A DNA stretch of 32,000 nt, taken from the NCBI GenBank assembly GCA_963704755.1, contig OY969938.1:1920001-1952000 (forward strand). The letters run 5' to 3'. The first letter of the stretch is position 1. Each line of letters starts with the position of its first letter. This DNA is from an uncultured Chloroflexia bacterium. Lineage in GTDB: Bacteria > Chloroflexota > Anaerolineae > Anaerolineales > Anaerolineaceae. The notes beneath the pieces are model-generated. The model had not been told where the DNA came from, did no database searches, and saw only the letters and a list, made by a program, of their open reading frames with translations. Made by a program: the position numbers and the translations under genes. Below, one piece after another: positions 7,430-15,781 of the stretch.

Positions 7430-8266
7430 CTACATAAATTTGTTGACGATTAACCGGAAAATATCGGTTTCGGTGATGATTCCGCACAGGCTGCGGGCGG
7501 CATCGAGCACCGGCAGGCTGTGGATCTTGTTCTCCTGCATCAGTGCGGCCGCCTTGGTGATCGGGTCGGTTTCGCTGACGGTGATTGGGGCGCTGGTCAT
7601 GATGAAGCGAGCCGGTGTGGTCAGGATCTGCTTGGTGATCTCGTACTGTCCCTCGGCCGCCGCGCCCGGCGCGGCGCTCAGCAAATCGGTGCGGGTGATG
7701 ATGCCCACCAGCAGCCCTTCCTGGACGACCGGCAGCGCACGGATGTTCTTGACCGCCATCAGGCGTTGAGCGTCCAGCAGGGTGGTGGCCGGGTGGATCG
7801 TCTGCACATCACGGCTCATGTAGTCGCTCACCAGGATCATCTCGCGCAGCGAGGGGAATTCTTCGATCAGCAGGCGGAACATGTCGGTCGAGGTGACGAT
7901 CCCGACCAGGTTTTTATCGTCCGCCACCACCGGCAAGGCGGCGATCTTGTTTTCCTCCATCATGCGGGCCGCTTTGGCCGCGCGGGCGTTGCCGTTGATG
8001 GTGATCACCGGGCGCGACATCAACTTTTCCAGTGGGGTGTTGCCCACCCGGCGGTATTGGTCCCAGGCGTCTTTCATCACGGTGGTCACATCGGCCCGCA
8101 GCAAATCGCGTTTGGTGACAATGCCCACCAACTGGCCCTCGTCCACCACCGGCAAAGCGCGGATGCTCTCCCGGTTCATGACGCGCAGCGCATCGTGCAA
8201 GCGCATGTGCGGGTCGGCTTTGATAATCTGGGTGGTCATCCATTGACGGACCAGGTCTTTTTTCAT
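7430..8266 (-). CDS. CBS-domain protein (four CBS repeats, two Bateman modules)
   Basis: Four repeats follow the pattern hhhLPVVDxxxLVGIITxxDLh (for example IRALPVVDEGQLVGIVTKRDLL and IHSLPVLDAARSLCGIITETDIF). A GGAGG Shine-Dalgarno site is present. Confidence 0.88.
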   Translation of the reverse strand: MKKDLVRQWMTTQIIKADPHMRLHDALRVMNRESIRALPVVDEGQLVGIVTKRDLLRADVTTVMKDAWDQYRRVGNTPLEKLMSRPVITINGNARAAKAARMMEENKIAALPVVADDKNLVGIVTSTDMFRLLIEEFPSLREMILVSDYMSRDVQTIHPATTLLDAQRLMAVKNIRALPVVQEGLLVGIITRTDLLSAAPGAAAEGQYEITKQILTTPARFIMTSAPITVSETDPITKAAALMQENKIHSLPVLDAARSLCGIITETDIFRLIVNKFM

Positions 8267-8410
8267 GATTGCCTCCGGTAAATAGGTACGGTCTTAATAT
8301 ACTCAGCCCCAGGCGATAGCGCATCGCCTGGGGCTTTAATTATCGCTAACCAAATGGTTGAAAAAAAGAGGGCCGCTCTCAATAAAATGGTTGAGAATAA
8401 ATGTTTTAAA

Positions 8411-8461
8411 TTCGAGATGGGGTAGTTTTTGGGCTTCGCCCAAAAACTACCCCATCTCGAA
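8411..8461. repeat. Perfect 24-bp palindrome (apex GGGC-TTC-GCCC)
   Basis: ttcgagatggggtagtttttgggc (8411-8434) is the exact reverse complement of 8438-8461. It lies between the permease stop codon (8466) and the start of the CBS gene (8266). Confidence 0.75.
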
Positions 8462-8465
8462 ATTT

Positions 8466-9221
8466 TTAAGAAACAGCCTTGCGATAAACTCGGGTGGCCC
8501 ACCACAGCACCAGCGCGGTCAACGGCACCATCACCAGGTAGGCTTCCAGCACTTTGCCGTCCAACAGTGTCCCGGCGGCGAGGACGCGGGAGGCCTCTAC
8601 GACGTAGTACATCGGGTTGAAGTGGGCGATGGCCTGCAGCCATTTCGGGCCAAGCGAGAGCGGCAGCAGCACGCCGGCCAGCAGGGTCAGCGGCAGTTGC
8701 AGGCCGGTGACCACGGCGGCCAGGCTGCCGATCTGTTTCAGGATCAGCCCCAGGCTGCCCGAGGCCGCCGAAATGACCGCGGTCAGCAGGGCCAGGAGCA
8801 GGAACAGCACCGCCAGGCCGGCCCAATGCAGGTGAAAGCCGAACGGCGCGGCGATCAGGACCACCAGCAAGGCCGGCACGATGAACATGACCACGTCCTT
8901 GAGCACCGACCCCATCAGCAGCGAGAACCGGCTGGCGGGCGTGACCCGCAAGCGCTCGATGACGCCGCTCTGCAATTCCCAAATTACGATCCAGCCGGAC
9001 CCCATCCCGGCGCCAAACGCCATCAGGACCAGGATACCCGGGACGAACAGGTCCAGCACATTGCCCGAGCCCAACATCTGTTTCATGCCGTCCAGCAGAG
9101 GCGCGAACAGGGCCAGGTACAGCAGAGGTGTGGTCAACCCAGAGATCAGCCAGACCGGCTGGCGCAGGGTTTCCAGCATCTTTCTCCAAAACAATAAGCG
9201 AATCTCGCGGAGCATTTTCAT
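8466..9221 (-). CDS. ABC-2 type transporter permease (DrrB-like)
   Basis: About 6 hydrophobic segments with an ABC-2 family layout. Its ATG overlaps the TAA of the upstream ATPase gene by 1 nt (TAATG). Confidence 0.82.
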   Translation of the reverse strand: MKMLREIRLLFWRKMLETLRQPVWLISGLTTPLLYLALFAPLLDGMKQMLGSGNVLDLFVPGILVLMAFGAGMGSGWIVIWELQSGVIERLRVTPASRFSLLMGSVLKDVVMFIVPALLVVLIAAPFGFHLHWAGLAVLFLLLALLTAVISAASGSLGLILKQIGSLAAVVTGLQLPLTLLAGVLLPLSLGPKWLQAIAHFNPMYYVVEASRVLAAGTLLDGKVLEAYLVMVPLTALVLWWATRVYRKAVS

Positions 9222-10210
9222 TACAGACCTTCCTTAGCACCGGCGTCGCGCATGGAGCGCCCGGTTTTCTTGAGAAACACGTCATCCAGGGATGGCTGGG
9301 AGAGGGAAACCGTATCGAGAACGGTACCGTTGGCTTTGAGCCTATCGAAGACCAGCGGCAGGCTCTTCGCACCGTCTTCGACGTATAAATGGATCTGCTC
9401 ACCCTGCAGGTGCGATTCGCGCACGTAGGCCTGGCCCCCCAGGTACTGCTGGATCTTGTCCAGCTCGGCCCCATCCGATTTGGGCTTGATGACGATCACG
9501 TCGCCGGAAATTTGCTGCTTCAACGCGTGCGGGGTGCCCTCGGCCACAATCTGGCCGTGATCGATGATCGCCAGGCGGTCGGCCAGCTCGTCGGCCTCTT
9601 CCAGGTAGTGGGTGGTCAGGAATACGGTCGTGCCGCCGGCGCGCAGCTCGCGGATCTGGTCCCACAGGTTGGCCCGGTTTTGCGGGTCCAGGCCGGTGGT
9701 GGGCTCGTCCAGAAAGAGCACTTCCGGCCGGTGGAGGATGCCCAGGGCGATCTCCAGGCGGCGCTTCTGCCCGCCCGAAAAAGTGCGCACGATGCGGTCG
9801 ATCAGCTCGCTCAACTCGAACGAAGCGATCAATTCGGCCGCGCGCTTTTCGGTCTCCTCGCGGCTCATCCCGTAAAGCTGGCCGGCCAGCAGCAGATTCT
9901 CGCGCCCGGTCGCCGACAGGTCGGCCCCACCCAACTGGCTCACAAAACCAATCCGCCGGCGGACTCCCTGGGGCTGTTTTTGTACGTCCACCCCGGCCAC
10001 AAATGCTTTGCCCTGGTCGATGGGCAAAAGGGTAGTCAACATACGCAGGGTGGTGGTTTTGCCGGCCCCGTTTGGGCCTAAAAATCCAAAAATTTCACCC
10101 CGCTTTACGGCTAAATCGACCCCTTTAACGGCCTCGATCGATTTCTTCTTCCCTTTTTCCGCATGGTAGAAGCTTTTTTTAAGATCGATCGTTTCGATTG
10201 TGCTTTCCAT
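9221..10210 (-). CDS. ABC transporter ATP-binding protein (DrrA/daunorubicin-resistance-like)
   Basis: Walker A GPNGAGKTT, signature FSGGQKRRLEIA and Walker B LFLDEPTTGLD, plus the C-terminal extension typical of DrrA-like ATPases. GGAGG Shine-Dalgarno site. Confidence 0.9.
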   Translation of the reverse strand: MESTIETIDLKKSFYHAEKGKKKSIEAVKGVDLAVKRGEIFGFLGPNGAGKTTTLRMLTTLLPIDQGKAFVAGVDVQKQPQGVRRRIGFVSQLGGADLSATGRENLLLAGQLYGMSREETEKRAAELIASFELSELIDRIVRTFSGGQKRRLEIALGILHRPEVLFLDEPTTGLDPQNRANLWDQIRELRAGGTTVFLTTHYLEEADELADRLAIIDHGQIVAEGTPHALKQQISGDVIVIKPKSDGAELDKIQQYLGGQAYVRESHLQGEQIHLYVEDGAKSLPLVFDRLKANGTVLDTVSLSQPSLDDVFLKKTGRSMRDAGAKEGL

Positions 10211-10347
10211 TAATTCGCCTCCATAAGTCAGTCATTCCATCCGTCTTGCTAACCGGATGCTGCTTATAGTAGCGGTTCAATGGGTGAAGCGCTTTCACCC
10301 CGGCCGGGTGATTCCGGGGGTGAGAAGTATATAGTTGCTTTGCAGTA

Positions 10348-11214
10348 TTATTCGGCTTTGTGCAAAACCTCGCGCAGGGCGGCTGCCCATTCGAACGGCA
10401 TATCCATAAACGAGCCATGATGGCCGGGGAAGATCACCAGTTCGCAGTCAAGTTGCTGCGCCAGGAGCTGATTGGCCCGCACATACCAGGTATTGCGCTT
10501 TACTCCCCACTCCCCTACCGCAATCACCATACGGACCCCGTTTTGCTTGATCTTCTCCACGCCCGGCAGGTAATTGGTCACCGGTAGCAGCTCCAGTTTT
10601 ACCAATACCTCGGAAGCAGCCCGATCGCTCAGATACGGCTCGCGGCTGTGCTTGCGGTGGCCATTGACCGGACCGGTAGCTTTGATCAACGCTCGGAACG
10701 GAAGCTGGGTGCCGAGCATAAACCGTAACGCGGCCCAGGAAGGGCCCATGCGAAAAGCCATTGCGTACACACCGGCAAAAAAGCGCTGCCATTTTCTGGC
10801 TTCCGGCAGCAGCCGCGGGAGCGGGGCTTCGTGGATGATGGCCGCCTTCAGCGCCCCCGGCTGGGTCTTGGCCATATCCAGGGCAATCACTGCCCCGCTG
10901 CTGTTGCCCAAAACGAAAGCCGACCTCTCGCCGGCTGCATGCAGCACAGCGACCGCGTCCCGGCTTTGCTGGCTGATCTCGAAGTTTTGCGGGGCATTCA
11001 TGCTGCTCCGGCCGTTGGCGCGCCGGTCGTAGGTAATCACCCGGTATTCATCGGACAGGATGTCGGCGACGAAAGAATACTGCCAGCCATCTCCCCCGGC
11101 CGGCGGAATCAGCAACAACGGCTTGCCTGCACCACGCACTTCATAGTACAGTTCATCCCCCTCGGTCGCTACCAGGCCAGATTGGATCACACCTTGTAGA
11201 TTTGGCATTTTCAA
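10348..11214 (-). CDS. Alpha/beta-fold hydrolase
   Basis: Nucleophile elbow GNSSG, an HGG-like oxyanion region (LLLIPPAGGDG) and a C-terminal FPGHHGSF (catalytic His region). The TTG at 11214 has the best Shine-Dalgarno spacing. An alternative ATG lies at 11208. Confidence 0.8.
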   Translation of the reverse strand: MKMPNLQGVIQSGLVATEGDELYYEVRGAGKPLLLIPPAGGDGWQYSFVADILSDEYRVITYDRRANGRSSMNAPQNFEISQQSRDAVAVLHAAGERSAFVLGNSSGAVIALDMAKTQPGALKAAIIHEAPLPRLLPEARKWQRFFAGVYAMAFRMGPSWAALRFMLGTQLPFRALIKATGPVNGHRKHSREPYLSDRAASEVLVKLELLPVTNYLPGVEKIKQNGVRMVIAVGEWGVKRNTWYVRANQLLAQQLDCELVIFPGHHGSFMDMPFEWAAALREVLHKAE

Positions 11215-11367
11215 TGCCGTCCTTTCGCTCGATTAGATCATTACCGACACTTCCGTTTCAGGCGAGCGGTATTCTCAAATTTGGATATTTTCTCGTTTGC
11301 ATCGAGAAACCTTGATATCTTTAAAAGACTGTAACTTCTCTGGCCCATATTGAGTAGTCCCTGAATT

Positions 11368-11967
11368 TTAACGGTTCTCGATTGACCCTGACTGCCAGGG
11401 TTTACCCAGCAGACCATAGAAGAACAAAGCACCCAGGTCGAATTGAACCTTCTTCGGCAGATCGGTCCGGGTGATGCTGGAATTGAACATACCGATGTAC
11501 ATCAGGATGGCCTCATCGGACAGTTCCGCAGCGATGCTGCCTTCCTGTTTGCCCTGGGCGATAAGATCGCGAAAGATTGGCAGGATGCGAGTCTGGTAGT
11601 ATTCCGCCAGAAATTGTTGCAGAGATGGATCCTGGTACGCTTCGGCCTGGAAAAAATCCTCGCTATACTGCTGAGTCGTATCCATCCGGACCGTAATCAT
11701 CTGCTCGAATTTTTCTCGAAATGGAATGGGGCTATCGACCAGCGCCTTGAATTCCCCTGCCTTGATGTTCATAAAAGTAAAGACAGCCTGTCGGGCCAGA
11801 TTTTCCTTGTTTCCAAAGAAATTATAGATGCTCACCTGCGAAACGTCCGCTCTTTGGGCGATTTCTGCGATACCGACCGCCTTGACACCCTGGGCAGCAA
11901 ACAATTCAAATGCCGCTTGCAAAATTTTGTCCTTGATCTTTTCTCTGCGCCGTTCAAATCCGTTCAT
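11368..11967 (-). CDS. TetR/AcrR family transcriptional regulator
   Basis: The N-terminal helix-turn-helix FELFAAQGVKAVGIAEIAQRADVSQVSIYNFFGNKENL is the TetR_N signature. The 199-aa size fits the family. Confidence 0.9.
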   Translation of the reverse strand: MNGFERRREKIKDKILQAAFELFAAQGVKAVGIAEIAQRADVSQVSIYNFFGNKENLARQAVFTFMNIKAGEFKALVDSPIPFREKFEQMITVRMDTTQQYSEDFFQAEAYQDPSLQQFLAEYYQTRILPIFRDLIAQGKQEGSIAAELSDEAILMYIGMFNSSITRTDLPKKVQFDLGALFFYGLLGKPWQSGSIENR

Positions 11968-12124
11968 TTATTCCGCCTAATGCGATTTTGGAGAGTATTT
12001 AAGGAATGCCAAGAATTTGAACGTATCGGCATTTGAGCTGGGGAGCGAAACTCCTCGAAAACCGCAACAGCTTTGTGCTTTGCTATTGATTAATCACGTT
12101 CTGTCAGGGCTAGGATACCTTAAG

Positions 12125-12155
12125 TTGTGAAATATATCAATGATCAGTTTCACAA
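12125..12155. promoter_or_regulatory. Candidate TetR operator O1 (TTGTGAAA-N15-TTTCACAA)
   Basis: An 8-bp perfect inverted repeat with a 15-nt spacer ends 3 nt upstream of the -35 box. It has the same half-site and spacing as O2. Confidence 0.55.
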
Positions 12156-12158
12156 GTA

Positions 12159-12186
12159 TTGACAATCCGGCCAGAAAGGCTACAAT
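12159..12186 (+). promoter_or_regulatory. Sigma70-type promoter for the CocE/NonD hydrolase gene
   Basis: TTGACA (12159-12164), a 16-nt spacer, then TACAAT (12181-12186). An AAGAGGA Shine-Dalgarno precedes the ATG at 12234. Confidence 0.6.
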
Positions 12187-12218
12187 TATGAAATATATTT
12201 TGTTTATTTTTCATAATT
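12184..12218. promoter_or_regulatory. Candidate TetR operator O2 (AATTATGAAA-N15-TTTCATAATT)
   Basis: A 10-bp perfect inverted repeat with a 15-nt spacer overlaps the -10 box and the predicted transcription start. Confidence 0.55.
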
Positions 12219-12233
12219 TAAGAGGATTGCTAC

Positions 12234-13862
12234 ATGACCTTAATGACCAGAGCTATTGCCAGGGCTTACCATCTGCCTAGAGCCGAAACATACCATATCC
12301 TCGTCGAGAAGAACTTACCCGTCCTTCTGCCCGATGGGGTCACCCTTTATGCCGACCATTTTTACTCACCGGACCTGCCCGATCGGCCGACGCTTTTGAT
12401 CCGTACAGCGTATGGCAAGGATCCGGCCGGGTTTGTGGGGCGGTTGTTCGCCGAACGCGGCTTTCAAGTGGTCATTCAAAGCGCACGCGGCACCGACGAA
12501 TCGGGAGGCGTGTTCGATCCCTTCCGGCAGGAAGGCGAGGATGGTGCGGCAACCATCGCCTGGCTGAAAACGCAGCCCTGGTTCACCGGCGAGCTGGTCT
12601 TGAGCGGAGCAAGCTACCTGGGCTATACCCAATGGGCACTCGCCGCTAAAGCCGGTGCTACAATCAAAGCCTATTCCACCCAGACCATCAGCGCCGATCT
12701 GCACAGTATGCTTTATTTTGGAGGCCCACTGGCCCTGGAAATGTGGATCGGATGGCTGTCTTCTATTCATACCGCCAAAACACCGCTGCAATTGGTCGGC
12801 CTCAATCGCAAGATCAAGAAGACCGTCGAGCAGCTTCCATTGATCGAAATCGACCAGCTCTCGTTCGATAAAAAGTACTCCTTCTGGCAGCAATGGTTGG
12901 AACACAAAGACCCTACCGACCCATATTGGGCCAAAGGCGATTTTCGCCAGGAGATTGGCGAAATCGATGCGCCTAACCTGATGATCGATGGCTGGTACGA
13001 CTTCTTCCTGCCTCACGAACTGCGCGATTACCGGGCACTGGTCGAATCCGGGCATTCGCCCTATCTGCTGATCGGCCCCTGGACGCATTTCGACACCTCC
13101 CTGCAATTCACGGCCATCCGTGAGGGCATCGCCTGGCTACGCGGGCATCTGTTGGGCGAGCGCAACAGACTGCCGGAATCACCCGTTCGCGTATATTTGA
13201 TGGGGGCAAATAAATGGATGAATTTTTCCACCTGGCCGCCGGAAGGCTCCAGTAGCCAGAACTGGTATTTACAATGCACAGGTAACCTGGCAAACACGCC
13301 TCCCCCCGCCTGCCCTCCGGACCGGTACCGCTACGATCCGGCCGATCCTACGCCCAGCGTGGGCGGCGCCGGGCGGACCATCGGTCGAGGCGCCGGCTCG
13401 CAGGATAACCGGGCCTTGGAAGCCCGCCCAGATGTCCTCACTTACACGACAGAGGCTTTACAAAAGGACTTGGAGATCATCGGCCCGGTTTCAGCGGAAC
13501 TATTCGTCCGTTCCAGCCTGGAATACACTGACTTCTTTGTACGCGTGTGCGATGTCTTTCCGGACGGCAAATCGATGAACGTTTGCGATGGCATCCTGCG
13601 CCTGGCACCCGGGCAGCCGGCCGCACTGGCGGATGGCTGCAAGAAGATCCGCGTCGAGCTATGGCCCACCGCCTACCAGTTCAAACAAGGGCATCGCCTG
13701 AGGGTACAGGTCTCCAGCGGATCCTTTCCCCGTTTTGCCCGCAACCTGGGCGCCGGCGAGCCGATCGCTACCGCCACGGCGATGATACCGGCCGACCAGT
13801 CGATTTATCATGATCCCGAACACCCCTCCGTGATTTTCCTGCCGGTGTTTACGGATCGGTGA
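12234..13862 (+). CDS. CocE/NonD family hydrolase (S15 X-Pro dipeptidyl-peptidase fold)
   Basis: N-terminal LPDGVTLYADHFYSP...PTLLIRTAYGK, nucleophile GASYLGYTQW and a C-terminal beta-sandwich motif GHRLRVQVSSGSFPRF. Confidence 0.88.
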   Translation: MTLMTRAIARAYHLPRAETYHILVEKNLPVLLPDGVTLYADHFYSPDLPDRPTLLIRTAYGKDPAGFVGRLFAERGFQVVIQSARGTDESGGVFDPFRQEGEDGAATIAWLKTQPWFTGELVLSGASYLGYTQWALAAKAGATIKAYSTQTISADLHSMLYFGGPLALEMWIGWLSSIHTAKTPLQLVGLNRKIKKTVEQLPLIEIDQLSFDKKYSFWQQWLEHKDPTDPYWAKGDFRQEIGEIDAPNLMIDGWYDFFLPHELRDYRALVESGHSPYLLIGPWTHFDTSLQFTAIREGIAWLRGHLLGERNRLPESPVRVYLMGANKWMNFSTWPPEGSSSQNWYLQCTGNLANTPPPACPPDRYRYDPADPTPSVGGAGRTIGRGAGSQDNRALEARPDVLTYTTEALQKDLEIIGPVSAELFVRSSLEYTDFFVRVCDVFPDGKSMNVCDGILRLAPGQPAALADGCKKIRVELWPTAYQFKQGHRLRVQVSSGSFPRFARNLGAGEPIATATAMIPADQSIYHDPEHPSVIFLPVFTDR

Positions 13863-13961
13863 ATTTTTCCAGTATTCAGACAGGATCTTAATCCAGGCAA
13901 TTCCCTTACCGCAATTTACGATGTTTCCTTGTGGATCTTTTCCTATGTTAAAATCAGACCC

Positions 13962-14645
13962 ATGGAGCACCCAAACCCTACCCGTTCCCCCAATCATGAT
14001 AAGACCCGGCCGCCAATCGCGATCTCCAAGGACCGCCTGGTATCTTTCAGCGATGCGGTTATCGCGATTATTATCACCATCATGGTTTTAAACATCCCGC
14101 TGCCGGACACCTTCGACAGCGCCGCGATCTTATACCTGTTAAAGTCTATTCTGGTGTTCTTCGTCAGCTTTATTGTGGTGGGCTCGCAATGGAACAAGCA
14201 TCATTTCTTGATGGAACGCGTCCAGACCATCTCCAACATGATCATCTGGCGCAATTTGTTGTTCCTGTTTTTTCTGTCTCTCATTCCCATCTTCACCAAA
14301 TGGGTCATGCAGAACCCCGATGAGCCCGTCCCTGCCATCGGCTATGCCATCGTCTTTTTGCTGGTCAACGGAAGCTACCTTTTCATCTGGACTAGCGTGA
14401 TGCGCCGCGGCGATAACAAAGACGTCCACCGGGATTTCGATCAAATGAGCCCACGGGGTAAATTCTTCTGGTGGCTGCGATTTGCCTTGATGCTGGCCCT
14501 CTTTTCAGGCATTGCCCTGTTCACGCTATCCAACCCGCGTATTGCAACGATCCTTTTCATCGCCTTTCCGGTAGCCTCTTCGCTGATCAACCTTTTTATC
14601 GAGAACAACCGCAGTTTCGGGATCGCAAGTGACCACTCGGCTTGA
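13962..14645 (+). CDS. TMEM175-like (DUF1211) potassium channel family membrane protein
   Basis: The signature RLVSFSDAVIAIIITIMVL (RxxxFSD in TM1) is followed by about 6 TM segments. The track ORF begins at a TTG at 13929, but I prefer the ATG at 13962. Confidence 0.75.
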   Translation: MEHPNPTRSPNHDKTRPPIAISKDRLVSFSDAVIAIIITIMVLNIPLPDTFDSAAILYLLKSILVFFVSFIVVGSQWNKHHFLMERVQTISNMIIWRNLLFLFFLSLIPIFTKWVMQNPDEPVPAIGYAIVFLLVNGSYLFIWTSVMRRGDNKDVHRDFDQMSPRGKFFWWLRFALMLALFSGIALFTLSNPRIATILFIAFPVASSLINLFIENNRSFGIASDHSA

Positions 14646-14651
14646 GGGGGA

Positions 14652-15137
14652 TTTCAGTGATCCGGTATTTCAGTGATTCAGTGTTTCAGTGATTCGGTAT
14701 TTCAGTGATTCAGTTTTTCAGTGATTCAGTTTTTCAGTGATTCAGTGTCTCGGTGAAGAAAAGTGTCAGGGAAGTGATACTGTGTTTCAGTGATTCAGTA
14801 TCTCGGTGAAGAAAAGTGTCAGGGAAGTGAGACAGTGATTAAGTGAAATAGTGAGGCAGTGAAACACCGCAACACTGGAACACCGAAGCACTGAAACACC
14901 GCAACACTGAAACACCGAAGCACTGGAACACCGAAGCACTGAAACACCGCAACACTGAAACACCGAAGCACTGGAACACCGAAGCACTGGAACACCGCAA
15001 CACCGCAACACTGAAACACCGCAACACTGGAACACCGAAACACTAAATCACCGAAGCACTGGAACACCGAAACACTGAATCACCGAAGTACTGAAACACC
15101 GCAACACCGAATCACTTCCCCTGACACTTAGTTCTTC
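14652..15137. repeat. Octamer minisatellite / foldback array
   Basis: The left part holds about 12 units of tttCAGTG/attCAGTG. A 46-nt direct repeat (14732-14777 and 14785-14830, 1 mismatch) carries the box gaagaaaagtgtcagggaagtga. About 36 octamers follow in an unbroken 8-nt phase (14831-15117), alternating nnnCACCG and nnnCACTG. The terminal inverted box tcacttcccctgacacttagttcttc (15112-15137) closes the array. Confidence 0.9.
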
Positions 15138-15781
15138 CCGATCGTCACATAGCCTTCCTGGATGGCATACAGCGCGGCCTGGGTGCGGCTGTCGAGCTGT
15201 AATTTGGCCAGAATACGGCTGACGTGCGAGTGGACGGTCGCCCGGCTGACGACCATCTTTTCGGCGATCTCCTGGTTGTTCAGCCCCTGGGCGATGCAGG
15301 TCAAGACCTCTTTTTCCCGTTCGGTCAACGTCTCCGGAGCGGCTTTGGGCGCCGGTGGTTGAGACAGCTCGGCCAGCAGCTTGCGCGCGATGGCCGGGTG
15401 CAGGGACGATTCGCCGCGCTGGACCTGGTGGATGGCCCGGATCAGGTCATCCGGGTCCGAATCTTTCAATAAATAGCCGGCCGCGCCGGCCTTGATGGCC
15501 GCAAACACTTTATCGTCCGTGGTGAAGCTGGTCAACACCAGTACGTGGGCGTCCGGGTCCAGGCTGCGCATCTTTTGAATGGCTTCGATGCCATCCATGA
15601 CCGGCATGACCAGGTCCATCAGCACCACGTCCGGCCGCAGGGACGCGTATTTCTCCAACGCCTCGGCGCCGTTGGCGCATTCACCGGCCACTTCCAGGTC
15701 CGGCTCGGTTTCCAGCATAGCAACCATGCCCTTGCGCACCACCGGGTGATCGTCAACGACCAGGATCTTGATCTTCGCCAT
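15128..15781 (-). CDS. NarL/LuxR-family response regulator (REC + HTH_LuxR)
   Basis: VDDHPVVRKG, phospho-acceptor region DVVLMDLVMPVMDG and the LuxR helix-turn-helix LTEREKEVLTCIAQGLNNQEIAEKMVVSRATVHSHVSRILAKL. GGAGG Shine-Dalgarno site. Confidence 0.92.
   Translation of the reverse strand: MAKIKILVVDDHPVVRKGMVAMLETEPDLEVAGECANGAEALEKYASLRPDVVLMDLVMPVMDGIEAIQKMRSLDPDAHVLVLTSFTTDDKVFAAIKAGAAGYLLKDSDPDDLIRAIHQVQRGESSLHPAIARKLLAELSQPPAPKAAPETLTEREKEVLTCIAQGLNNQEIAEKMVVSRATVHSHVSRILAKLQLDSRTQAALYAIQEGYVTIGKN

Noticed and set aside
8263-9474. 403-aa ORF on the - strand, with companion 279-aa + ORF at 8358..9197
   Set aside because: Both are out of frame with, or antisense to, the ABC-2 permease and ATPase genes. 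Both cross the 8411-8461 palindrome, which is why the two translations contain the mirrored peptide RWGSFWA.PKNYPIS. The composition is Arg/Pro/Gly-rich.
14787-15067. Three overlapping minus-strand ORFs (82, 82 and 62 aa) with repetitive SVLRC/SVFQC peptides
   Set aside because: All three frames are open only because the octamer repeat lacks stop codons on that strand. An 8-nt period is not codon-phased. No start context or Shine-Dalgarno site is present. I treat the region as non-coding repeat.
14652-15137. CRISPR array
   Set aside because: The units are 8 nt long and contiguous. There are no 25-40 nt repeats separated by unique spacers, and no cas genes are in the window.
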